Part shown: positions 20,096 through 28,562 of the stretch, one piece after another
How the letters are laid out: every line of letters begins with the position of its first letter
How positions within the stretch are numbered: position 1 is the stretch's first letter
Assembly: GCA_963676565.1 (NCBI GenBank)
Contig: OY781089.1
Coordinates: forward strand, 2,144,399 to 2,208,398
Origin: Halarcobacter sp.
GTDB lineage: Bacteria; Campylobacterota; Campylobacteria; Campylobacterales; Arcobacteraceae
Length of the DNA: 64,000 bases
Direction: 5' to 3'
Made by a program: the position numbers and the translations under genes
The notes under the pieces: model-generated
Databases searched by the model: none
Told to the model about the DNA's origin: nothing
Seen by the model: the letters and a program-made list of their open reading frames with translations, nothing else

Positions 20096-20776
20096 CTACT
20101 TATTTATAATATAACCTTGTCCTGAAATATTTTTTATTAACTCTTTGTTTGTTTTAGCTCTAAGTCTTTTTACAAATGTTCTTAATCTTTCATCTGTAAC
20201 ACCATCTTCATCCCAAAGGGTAGATTTAATATTATTTGAAGAAGTGATGTTATTTCTATCACCAAGGAGTAAAGATATAAACTTCTTTTCCCTTTTTGTA
20301 ATATTGACTAGTTTTTCATTTTCAAAAAGATTATTTGTATTTGTATCAAATGAAAAATCTTTATTTAAACATACTATTCTGTTTTTATTTAACTTATTTG
20401 CAATAAAAATCAAATATTCTAAAACCTCTTCAGGGTCAAATGGTTTTATGAAATATTTTGTAATACCAATATCAATAGCTTTTAATAATTTATCTTTATC
20501 AGAAAAGGCACTAAGAACAATAATAGGAATATCCTCATTCATTGTTCTAATTTCTTTTGTCATCTCTAATCCATCAAGATTTGGCATCATTATATCAGTT
20601 ATTACAATATCCGGATTGATATTTTTAAACTTTTCAAGACCTTCAAGACCATCACTTGCAAGGGAAAAAGAATAAAAGTAATCTGATAGGGCATCCTTTA
20701 AAAGTTTTGAGATATTTACCTCATCTTCCACAAATAGTATTTTTAATTCTTTTAGTATTGATTCATCATTACTCAT
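20096..20776 (-). CDS. OmpR-family response regulator
   Basis: FVEDE, ITDIMMP, LSA, IKP; wHTH LRTFVKRLRAK...GQGY. Confidence 0.9.
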   Translation of the reverse strand: MSNDESILKELKILFVEDEVNISKLLKDALSDYFYSFSLASDGLEGLEKFKNINPDIVITDIMMPNLDGLEMTKEIRTMNEDIPIIVLSAFSDKDKLLKAIDIGITKYFIKPFDPEEVLEYLIFIANKLNKNRIVCLNKDFSFDTNTNNLFENEKLVNITKREKKFISLLLGDRNNITSSNNIKSTLWDEDGVTDERLRTFVKRLRAKTNKELIKNISGQGYIINK

Positions 20777-21980
20777 TATTTTCTCCTAATGGTATTTTAA
20801 TTGTAAATTTTAAACCATTATTTATATTCTCAACTCTTATTGTACCATCTAAACTCTTTTCAATAATCATTTTTGACATAAATAAACCAAGCCCTGTTCC
20901 ATTACTTTGATGTTTTGTAGTAAAATAAGGTTCAAAGATTTTATCAAGTGAATTTTCTTTTGCTCCACCAGCGTTATCACAAAATTGTAATACTGCATAG
21001 TTTTCCTCTTTTTTTACCAAAATAGTTACTTTTTTATCTTTTATCTCATTTACTTTAAAGGCTTCAATTGAGTTTTGTATTAAGTTAATTATCACTTGTG
21101 ATAGTTCGTTTAATACTCCAAAAACTTCTATCTCTTCAAAATCTGTTTGAATATTTAAACTCTCTTTTTGAACAAGTTTTCTTGTAATTAATAATGAATC
21201 ATTTATCGCATTTGTTAAGAAAAATTTCTCTTTTGGTTTATTTGGATTAAAAAAGTTAGAAAAATCATCAATTGTTTGTGACATGTTTTCAATAATTCCA
21301 AGTGAATCTTTATAATATAAATCAAGTTTTTCTAAATCACCTTTTTTGGCAGTTTTTTTAATATTGAACATAGTAAGACTAAGTTCTGTTAATGGTTGCC
21401 TCCACTGATGGGCTATATTTGCAAGCATTTGTCCTAAACTTGCCATTCTAGATTGCCAGAAAAGCATTTTTTGTTTCTCTTTATTTTTGGCAATTTCTTC
21501 ATTTACCCTATGTTCTAAGGTTTGGTTTAGCTCAATTAATTGTGCTGTTTGCTCTTTTACTCTTTGCTCTAGAGTTTTATTTAAAGTTAATAGTTCTTTA
21601 TCTTTTTTCTCTAATGTTTTTTTTAATTCTACTTCTTTTGTAACATCATATCTAATAGCAATAAACTCTTTTATCTCATCCTTTTCATCAAGGATTGGAG
21701 TTATTGTTGTATTTAAATAAACAGTTGACCCATCTTTGCATTTATTTTTAACTGTTGTCTTATATGACTTTTTATCTAAAATTGTTGTCCATAGTTTTTC
21801 AAAATCTTCTTCTGGAACTTCTGGATGTCTAACAATATTGTGATTAGCTCCTAGAAGTTCTTCCTTTGAAAAACCAGAGATTCTACAAAACTCATCATTT
21901 ACAAAGGTTATTACACCATTAATATCTGTTTTAGAAACTACATTGGAATTTTCAATAGCTTCTTGATATGTTTGACCCAT
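20769..21980 (-). CDS. Cytoplasmic PAS sensor histidine kinase
   Basis: PAS GANHNIVRHPEV, coiled coil, H-box AHQWRQPL, DNAGG, GTGLGL; no TM segment. Confidence 0.9.
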   Translation of the reverse strand: MGQTYQEAIENSNVVSKTDINGVITFVNDEFCRISGFSKEELLGANHNIVRHPEVPEEDFEKLWTTILDKKSYKTTVKNKCKDGSTVYLNTTITPILDEKDEIKEFIAIRYDVTKEVELKKTLEKKDKELLTLNKTLEQRVKEQTAQLIELNQTLEHRVNEEIAKNKEKQKMLFWQSRMASLGQMLANIAHQWRQPLTELSLTMFNIKKTAKKGDLEKLDLYYKDSLGIIENMSQTIDDFSNFFNPNKPKEKFFLTNAINDSLLITRKLVQKESLNIQTDFEEIEVFGVLNELSQVIINLIQNSIEAFKVNEIKDKKVTILVKKEENYAVLQFCDNAGGAKENSLDKIFEPYFTTKHQSNGTGLGLFMSKMIIEKSLDGTIRVENINNGLKFTIKIPLGENNE

Positions 21981-22002
21981 TATTTATTTTTATACCTTAA
22001 TA

Positions 22003-22974
22003 CTATTTACTTAATAACTCACAAGCTTCTTTTGCATGGTAAGTGATAATTAAATCAGCACCAGCTCTTTTAAATCCAACTAAAGTTTCTATCATAACTC
22101 TTTCATAATCAATAAGTCCAGCTGCTCCTGCATGTTTTAACATTGCATATTCACCACTTACATTATATGCACAAATTGGAAGATTAGAATTATTTCTAAT
22201 ATCTCTAATAACATCCATAAACGCTAATGCTGGTTTAACCATAAGTATATCTGCACCTTGTTTCTCATCTTCAATTGATTCTTCTAAAGCTTCAAGTCTA
22301 TTTGCTGGATTCATTTGATATGTTCTTCTATCACCAAAACTTGGAGTAGATTCTGCAACATCTCTAAAAGGACCATAATATGCACTTGCAAATTTAGTTG
22401 AATAAGCCATAATAGGTAAGTCTTTATAACCATTTGCATCTAATGCAGTTCTTAATGTTTCTATAATACCATCCATCATTCCACTTGGAGCAATCATATC
22501 AGCTCCAGCTTTTGCATGAACAATTGCTTGTTGAGCAGATATCTCTAAGGTTTTGTCATTATCAACTGTTTGTGTTTTTGGATCAAGTATTCCACAATGC
22601 CCATGGTCTGTATATTCACAAAAACATAAATCAGTCACAATAAACATATCTGGAAATTTTGCTTTTATTGCTTTAATTGTTCTTGCAATAATACTTTCTT
22701 CACATAAACATTCACTACCAACTGAATCTTTTACATCGGGAATACCAAATAAAATAATAGATTTTAATCCAATTGTTCTAATATATTCACACTCTTTTAA
22801 TATTTCATCAATACTCATTTGAAATACACCTGGCATAGATGATACTTCTATTTTAATATTTTCACCTTCTTTTACAAATAATGGATATATAAAGTCATTC
22901 TTTGTTAATGTAGTTTCTTGTACTAAATTTCTTAGAGTTTCATTAATTCTAAGTCTTCTAAATCTTTTAAACAT
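22003..22974 (-). CDS. hemB: Delta-aminolevulinic acid dehydratase (porphobilinogen synthase)
   Basis: DLCFCEYTDHGHCG, APSGMMDG, YSTKFASAYYGPFR, MVKPAL. Confidence 0.97.
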   Translation of the reverse strand: MFKRFRRLRINETLRNLVQETTLTKNDFIYPLFVKEGENIKIEVSSMPGVFQMSIDEILKECEYIRTIGLKSIILFGIPDVKDSVGSECLCEESIIARTIKAIKAKFPDMFIVTDLCFCEYTDHGHCGILDPKTQTVDNDKTLEISAQQAIVHAKAGADMIAPSGMMDGIIETLRTALDANGYKDLPIMAYSTKFASAYYGPFRDVAESTPSFGDRRTYQMNPANRLEALEESIEDEKQGADILMVKPALAFMDVIRDIRNNSNLPICAYNVSGEYAMLKHAGAAGLIDYERVMIETLVGFKRAGADLIITYHAKEACELLSK

Positions 22975-23034
22975 TTTATTTACCTTTGTTCGCTATAATC
23001 TCGGGTATTTTAACAATTTAAGGTTTAAAAAGAT

Positions 23035-23610
23035 ATGAATATAGAAAAGTCAAATATTGCTAATTTACCTACTAAATATGGAAAATTTAAAATAAGAGCT
23101 TATAAACAAAATAATCAAGAACACTTAGCAATAATGAGCGAAAACTTCAACGAAATAGAAACCCCTTATGTAAGAATTCATTCAGAATGTTTAACTGGTG
23201 ATACTTTAGGAAGTTTAAAATGTGATTGTCAAAATCAGTTAGATTTATCTTTAAAATTTATTGCCCAAGAGGGTGGTTTAGTAATTTATCACAGACAAGA
23301 AGGAAGAAATATAGGTTTATTAAATAAAGTAAATGCATATGCACTTCAAGATCAAGGAAGAAATACTATAGAAGCTAATTTAGAACTAGGTTTTGGAGAA
23401 GATGATAGAGATTATTCGGTTGTAGAAGAGATATTTAAAGATTTAAATTTGAAGAAAATTAAATTAATTACGAATAATCCTAAAAAAATTGAATATGTTG
23501 AATCTATTGGTGTGAAAATAGTTGATAGAATCCCTGCAATTACAAAATTAAATAAATTTAACGAACATTATGTAAACACAAAAAAAGAAAAAATGGGACA
23601 TCTTTTTTAA
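23035..23610 (+). CDS. ribA: GTP cyclohydrolase II
   Basis: RIHSECLTGD, SLKCDCQ, QEGRNIGL, ITNNPKK. Confidence 0.96.
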   Translation: MNIEKSNIANLPTKYGKFKIRAYKQNNQEHLAIMSENFNEIETPYVRIHSECLTGDTLGSLKCDCQNQLDLSLKFIAQEGGLVIYHRQEGRNIGLLNKVNAYALQDQGRNTIEANLELGFGEDDRDYSVVEEIFKDLNLKKIKLITNNPKKIEYVESIGVKIVDRIPAITKLNKFNEHYVNTKKEKMGHLF

Positions 23611-24188
23611 TGTTTGATAAAAATCAATTAATTGAGTTTAATCTTGACGATGAGTTTATAAAAAGGTGTGAAACCTTTACTTCACTTTTAAAACAGTGGG
23701 GAAAGGTTCACAATTTAAGTGGAAGTTTAGATGATAAAAGTATTAAAGAAAATATTATGGATTCTATTTATCCACTTTCATTTATTGATAGTTTTGACAG
23801 CTTTGCAGATATTGGAACTGGAGCAGGTTATCCAGGTTTAATTCTAGCTATGGCTAATTCAAAGGCTAAATGTTATTTAATCGAACCAAGATTAAAAAGA
23901 GTCGCTTTTTTAAATTTTGTGAAAAATACTTTAAAACTAAAAAATGTTGAAGTTATAGCAAAAAGAGTTGAAGAAGTAGAAGGTGTAGAGGTTGATTTAA
24001 TAACATCAAGGGCTGTAACAAATACTAAACTTTTAATGGATATAACAAAAACAATAAAAAAAGATAATAGTAGTTTTCTTTTTTATAAAGGTTCTTTGTT
24101 AAATGATGAGTTAGAAGAAGCAAAAATCAATAATCAAAAAATAGTAAAAAGAAATGATAGAAACTATTTATATATAAAAGGTAATTAA
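23610..24188 (+). CDS. rsmG: 16S rRNA m7G527 methyltransferase
   Basis: HNLSG, DIGTGAGYPG, ITSRAV. Confidence 0.92.
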   Translation: MFDKNQLIEFNLDDEFIKRCETFTSLLKQWGKVHNLSGSLDDKSIKENIMDSIYPLSFIDSFDSFADIGTGAGYPGLILAMANSKAKCYLIEPRLKRVAFLNFVKNTLKLKNVEVIAKRVEEVEGVEVDLITSRAVTNTKLLMDITKTIKKDNSSFLFYKGSLLNDELEEAKINNQKIVKRNDRNYLYIKGN

Positions 24189-24189
24189 C

Positions 24190-24408
24190 ATGATATTAAA
24201 AATTTTGGCTGTGGCGGTAGTTCTTTTTTTAATTTACATTGTTCTATTTAAAAAAGATAGAGAAAAAAGTGTAAAAAAAGAAGATGAGAAAATAGAAGAT
24301 ATTATGGTTGAGTGTCCAACATGCTCAACTTTTGTATCTAAAAAAGAAGCAATTTTAAGTAATGGACATTTTTATTGTTCAAAAGATTGTTTAATAAATA
24401 AAAAATAG
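24190..24408 (+). CDS. PP0621-family small membrane protein with a Zn-binding motif
   Basis: N-terminal TM segment, then MVECPTCSTFV...FYCSKDC. Confidence 0.75.
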   Translation: MILKILAVAVVLFLIYIVLFKKDREKSVKKEDEKIEDIMVECPTCSTFVSKKEAILSNGHFYCSKDCLINKK

Positions 24409-24416
24409 GTGGTTAT

Positions 24417-24791
24417 ATGATACTAATTGGAGATAGACTTATTCCATATGAAACAATTTCATTTATAGATTCAATAGCAGATATTGATCATACTTTACCT
24501 AACTCAACTTTGGTTTTTAACTATGATGAAAATTTAGTTTTATTTACAAGGAAAAATCATGTAAATTGTGCGGTTGTTGTTAAAAGTATAAAAGAAGCAA
24601 TATATTGTAATGCTTTAAATTCAAAATATATAATTTGTGATAAAAAATTAGCAAAAAGTGTTCAAAAGATTGCAGAGAATTATATGTTTGATTCTAAAGT
24701 TCTTGCAATAATTGAAGATGATGATGAGATTGAAAAAATTGCTTTATCAGAGATTGATGGCGTTATCTACTCATACTTACTAAATAAATAA
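24417..24791 (+). CDS. Conserved hypothetical protein
   Basis: Clean ORF with SD (AGGTGG) in the ribA-rsmG operon. Confidence 0.7.
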   Translation: MILIGDRLIPYETISFIDSIADIDHTLPNSTLVFNYDENLVLFTRKNHVNCAVVVKSIKEAIYCNALNSKYIICDKKLAKSVQKIAENYMFDSKVLAIIEDDDEIEKIALSEIDGVIYSYLLNK

Positions 24792-24816
24792 CTTCTTCTT
24801 ATATTAGAAGGAGTTA
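24789..24816 (+). terminator. Stem-loop after the ribA operon (possible terminator)
   Basis: TAACTTCTTCT-TATATT-AGAAGGAGTTA with one G-U pair; weak U-tract. Confidence 0.4.
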
Positions 24817-24927
24817 TCTCCTCCATAAAAACTTTTTCATAACTTTAATTTATATTAAATATTAATCTAACAAAAAATTAACATATTACACTTATAATTT
24901 AATCTAAATTTTAAATAAGGAGTTTCT

Positions 24928-26265
24928 ATGGATTTAATAGGACAATTCCCATTGTTTTATTTTCCTGATTATGGAAGTGCTTGGATGATGGGTGTTACAG
25001 GAACTATCCATATCTTAGCGTCACATACATCAGTTGGTGCTGCAATGCTATTTGCATTTTTGGCTTATAAAGCTTATAAAGAAAATCGTACTGATCTATA
25101 CCCATACATGAAAAAGTATGGTATGTTTTTACTGATTTTTTCTTATGTTATTGGTTCAATAACAGGGCCAGGTATTTGGTATACAGCAACAGCTGCAAGT
25201 CCCCGTGGTATTAGTGCCCTCATACACAACTTTGTTTGGGTTTGGGCTACTGAATGGGTATTTTTTGTATATGAGGTAATTGGTGTTTTTGTATTAGTTT
25301 ATTTTATAGATAAAATAGATAAAAAAACACATCTTAAACTAACTTTTACCTTTGCCTTAGCTTCAGTTGGTACTTTAGCTTTAATTATAGGAATCATAAG
25401 TTTTATGATGTGGCCTGGAACTACAGCTTATTATGCAACAGGAAGTGCAAGTGATGCCTTCTTTGGATTAAATACTTTCCCTCATATGTTCCTTAGAATT
25501 GGATTTATGATTATGCTCTCAGGTGTTATTGGTTTAGTTATTTCAAGTGCTATAAAAAAAGACAATGAAGCGTTATCAGCTGAACTTAGTAAAAAAATGG
25601 GTTATGTAAGCTTACTAGGTGGATTTCTTGTAATGTTCTTCTTTATGTGGTATATGGGTACTTTACCTGATAATGCACATGCTGTGTTTAATGTAACTAA
25701 AGATTCAGTTATTCAAAGTAGAATTATTTTGACAATCATTTTCTCTATTTATTTTTTAATTGCTATTGTTAAACCAAAATTTATTAATACGCCATTGGCA
25801 GGGATAATGATATTTGTAATCTTAATTGGAGGAATCTGGCCAGGTGAAAAATTAAGAGAATCTATGAGAAAACCTTATGTTGCTGGACAATATATCTATT
25901 CAAATCAAATTATTAGTAGAGATGTAGAAGGTAAAGGGATTAAAAGTGAACTTCCTATAATAGCCGAAAAAGGTCTTTTAAAAGTTAATCCATTTATACC
26001 AGATAACCTAAGAACAATTACTGCTGAAAATAAACTTCAAGTTGGAGAGTTGTTAACAAAAATGTCATGTTCAAACTGTCACTCTTTAGAAACTACAGGG
26101 GTATATAGACCATTAAAAGATAGATTAAAAGGGATGGATAAAGAGGGTGTTAAATCTATTCTTTATGCAATGGGTAGTGGAGCATTCCCTTATATGCCTA
26201 AACTACAATTACCAGATGATGAATATGATGCAATTGCTGAATATATTGCATCATTAAAATATTAA
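24928..26265 (+). CDS. CydA-like (cytochrome bd superfamily) membrane subunit with a fused C-terminal monoheme cytochrome c
   Basis: Multiple TM segments; TIHILASH, WATEWVFFVYE, FPHMF and GEKLRESMRKPY line up with CydA motifs. C-terminal CSNCH...MPKL class I cytochrome c. Confidence 0.72.
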   Translation: MDLIGQFPLFYFPDYGSAWMMGVTGTIHILASHTSVGAAMLFAFLAYKAYKENRTDLYPYMKKYGMFLLIFSYVIGSITGPGIWYTATAASPRGISALIHNFVWVWATEWVFFVYEVIGVFVLVYFIDKIDKKTHLKLTFTFALASVGTLALIIGIISFMMWPGTTAYYATGSASDAFFGLNTFPHMFLRIGFMIMLSGVIGLVISSAIKKDNEALSAELSKKMGYVSLLGGFLVMFFFMWYMGTLPDNAHAVFNVTKDSVIQSRIILTIIFSIYFLIAIVKPKFINTPLAGIMIFVILIGGIWPGEKLRESMRKPYVAGQYIYSNQIISRDVEGKGIKSELPIIAEKGLLKVNPFIPDNLRTITAENKLQVGELLTKMSCSNCHSLETTGVYRPLKDRLKGMDKEGVKSILYAMGSGAFPYMPKLQLPDDEYDAIAEYIASLKY

Positions 26266-26275
26266 AGGAGGATTT

Positions 26276-27472
26276 ATGGACGCATCTGCTTTATTAGCCC
26301 TTAGGGACCCAGCTGGGGTACCATTTTATCCTATTGTATTTCAAGGTCTTTATGTACTAACTTGGGCTTTACATGCTGCTTTTGTTTTATTGGCTTTAGG
26401 ATCAATGGGTTTATCGTTATATGGAACACTAAAACAAAAAAGTGATCCAAGTTGGAAAATCTTAACTCCCCATTTAATACAAACAGGGAAAATAAGTGTT
26501 TCAATATTGATTGTTCTTGGTGTAGCACCTTTATTGTTTACCCAAGTTATTTATGATCCAAACTGGTATGTGGCAAACACTTTGTCAGGTATGTGGGTAT
26601 TTATATTTATTTATACTTTAGTTATTGGTTATATCCTTTATTATTGGTATTACTATGCAAATAAAGCAAAAGAGGGTGGAGGAAGACTTATTGGTATTGT
26701 CTCTTTCTTTATTTTAGTTTTTGCTGGTTTTTTAATGCATAACTTTGCAGTTACATCAATTATGCCTAATGATTGGATGAATATGTATGCACCAAATGGT
26801 GTTGTTGATACTAGTGGTTGGACTTTAAATATTAAACTTGTTAGATTATTATTCTTTGTAAGTTTATCTATACCAGTTGTTGGTATATTTTTACAAAACT
26901 ATAGTAGATTCTTAAGTACAAGAGATGATTTTAAAGGGGATTTTATTCAGTATGCAAGCTCTTTAGGTACAAAATTAACAGTTGTTGGATTATTAATTAG
27001 TGCAGTATTTTTTGTTCTTTGGATGATCTCTATTGGTTACTTAATGCACCCTTTAAGTATATCAATCATTGTAGGTGTAGTTGCTTTATTAATTATCTCT
27101 TACTCTAATTCAAATAGTTATGTTACCACTGGTATTTTAGTTGTTGTTGCCTTATTGATTTCAGCAATGAGGGAGTTAATAAGATTTGATATTATGAGTA
27201 ATTTAGGATATAATATTTATGATTATCCTGTTAATTTAGAGATACCATCAATTGTAATGTTCTTATTAACATTTTTAATTATGGGTGGTATTGGTGTTGC
27301 TTATTTACTAACAATGGCTTGGAAAGTTGGAAAATCTCAAGAACCTGTGTTTGATGGTACAAAAGACAAGGCTGTTACAAGATTAGGTAATTATACTCTT
27401 GTGATAATGGTTGCTTGGATGGCTATTTATTTTGCTTGGGGTATGTTTATTTTATTTAAAAACATACTATAA
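26276..27472 (+). CDS. Polytopic membrane partner subunit, CydA'-like paralogue
   Basis: About 9-10 TM segments, WALHAAFV (His in TM1), FLMHNF, AMRELIR; 10 bp downstream of the CydA-like gene. Confidence 0.6.
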   Translation: MDASALLALRDPAGVPFYPIVFQGLYVLTWALHAAFVLLALGSMGLSLYGTLKQKSDPSWKILTPHLIQTGKISVSILIVLGVAPLLFTQVIYDPNWYVANTLSGMWVFIFIYTLVIGYILYYWYYYANKAKEGGGRLIGIVSFFILVFAGFLMHNFAVTSIMPNDWMNMYAPNGVVDTSGWTLNIKLVRLLFFVSLSIPVVGIFLQNYSRFLSTRDDFKGDFIQYASSLGTKLTVVGLLISAVFFVLWMISIGYLMHPLSISIIVGVVALLIISYSNSNSYVTTGILVVVALLISAMRELIRFDIMSNLGYNIYDYPVNLEIPSIVMFLLTFLIMGGIGVAYLLTMAWKVGKSQEPVFDGTKDKAVTRLGNYTLVIMVAWMAIYFAWGMFILFKNIL

Positions 27473-27491
27473 AATTATAAAAAATATATAT

Positions 27492-27524
27492 AAAGCTAAA
27501 AGGGGTAATTACTCCTTTTGCTTT
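27492..27524 (+). terminator. Intrinsic terminator after the cytochrome operon
   Basis: AAAGCTAAAAGGGGTAA/TTACTCCTTTTGCTTT inverted repeat. Confidence 0.6.
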
Positions 27525-27543
27525 ATCTCTAAAGATATGGAAA

Positions 27544-28209
27544 ATGGGAACAAAAATACTTTTTTTAGAGGATGATATCCTTTATCAAGATACAATAAAA
27601 GATTTTTTAGAAGATGACGGTTTTCTTGTTGATACTTGTTCAAATGGAGAACAATTTTTAAATAAAATTTTTGATGATATTTATGATTTATATATTATTG
27701 ATTTAAATGTACCAGAAATTAATGGTTTTGAAATTATGAAAATGCTTGCTGAATATAATGATTCAACAATGAAAATGGTTTTAACTTCTATGAAAGATAG
27801 TGTTAAAAAATCTTTTGAAATTGGATGCGATGATTATTTAAATAAAAATACCGACATAGATGAACTTCTCTTAAGGGTAAAAAGCTTAATAAAAAGAGCT
27901 TATAACGCTCATTCTGATTATATTGAAATCGCTCAAGATATTAAATATGACTTGTTTAACAAAGAGGTTTACAAGAATAATGAAAATATTGAACTAGATT
28001 TGAAATCACATTTTATTTTAGATTATTTAATTAAAAGAAGAGGTCAATTTGTTTCAAGTTTTGAATTAGAAACAAGTAGTTACCCTTGTAATAGTAAATC
28101 TAAATCAAATGTAATAAGATATCATATTTGGAATCTTAGAAATAGAATTGGAAAAGATATAATAGAATCAAAGAAAAGTTTTGGCTATAGATTAAAGCCA
28201 CTTTTTTAA
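27544..28209 (+). CDS. OmpR-family response regulator (orphan)
   Basis: FLEDD, IIDLNVP; wHTH IRYHIWNLRNRIG...GYRL. Confidence 0.87.
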   Translation: MGTKILFLEDDILYQDTIKDFLEDDGFLVDTCSNGEQFLNKIFDDIYDLYIIDLNVPEINGFEIMKMLAEYNDSTMKMVLTSMKDSVKKSFEIGCDDYLNKNTDIDELLLRVKSLIKRAYNAHSDYIEIAQDIKYDLFNKEVYKNNENIELDLKSHFILDYLIKRRGQFVSSFELETSSYPCNSKSKSNVIRYHIWNLRNRIGKDIIESKKSFGYRLKPLF

Positions 28210-28403
28210 GTGACTTTAATTAGATAGTAGGAGGTGTTCAAACAATGTCTTATTTGTTTGAATCAATAAAATTATATATTCAAAGTGTTAATTTTTTATT
28301 AGTTTTTTTAAAACTATATTCTTTTTTTCAAAATCTTTCTTACCAAAAAATAAGTAACTTTTAGATATCATATTTGCCTTTAATAAATACCATTAGGATT
28401 AAC

Positions 28404-28562
28404 TTGAAAGAGATTTTAGACGTAATTATACTTATATTATTTGCCTTTATGATTTTTATGTTTATTAAAGGTTTTAATAAACAACAAATAGAAAAGCATG
28501 CAAAAAAAATAGATGAAAATGAGAAAACTGATAGCAAGAAGAAGGAACCTGTAAATGAATAA
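28404..28562 (+). CDS. Small single-pass membrane protein (52 aa, TTG start)
   Basis: SD AGGA at 28395, TTG at 28404; MKEILDVIILILFAFMIFMFIKGFNKQQ...; overlaps the glyS start. Confidence 0.6.
   Translation: MKEILDVIILILFAFMIFMFIKGFNKQQIEKHAKKIDENEKTDSKKKEPVNE

Noticed and set aside
24834-24844. TTTTCATAACT, resembling one arm of a difH site
   Set aside because: Only one arm matches; the second arm and central spacer of the difH palindrome as I recall it are absent.
24845-24858. TTAAT-N4-ATTAA palindrome upstream of the CydA-like operon as an Fnr/NssR-type site
   Set aside because: All-AT palindromes are expected by chance here, and it lies about 53 bp upstream of the likely start rather than at the usual -41.5.
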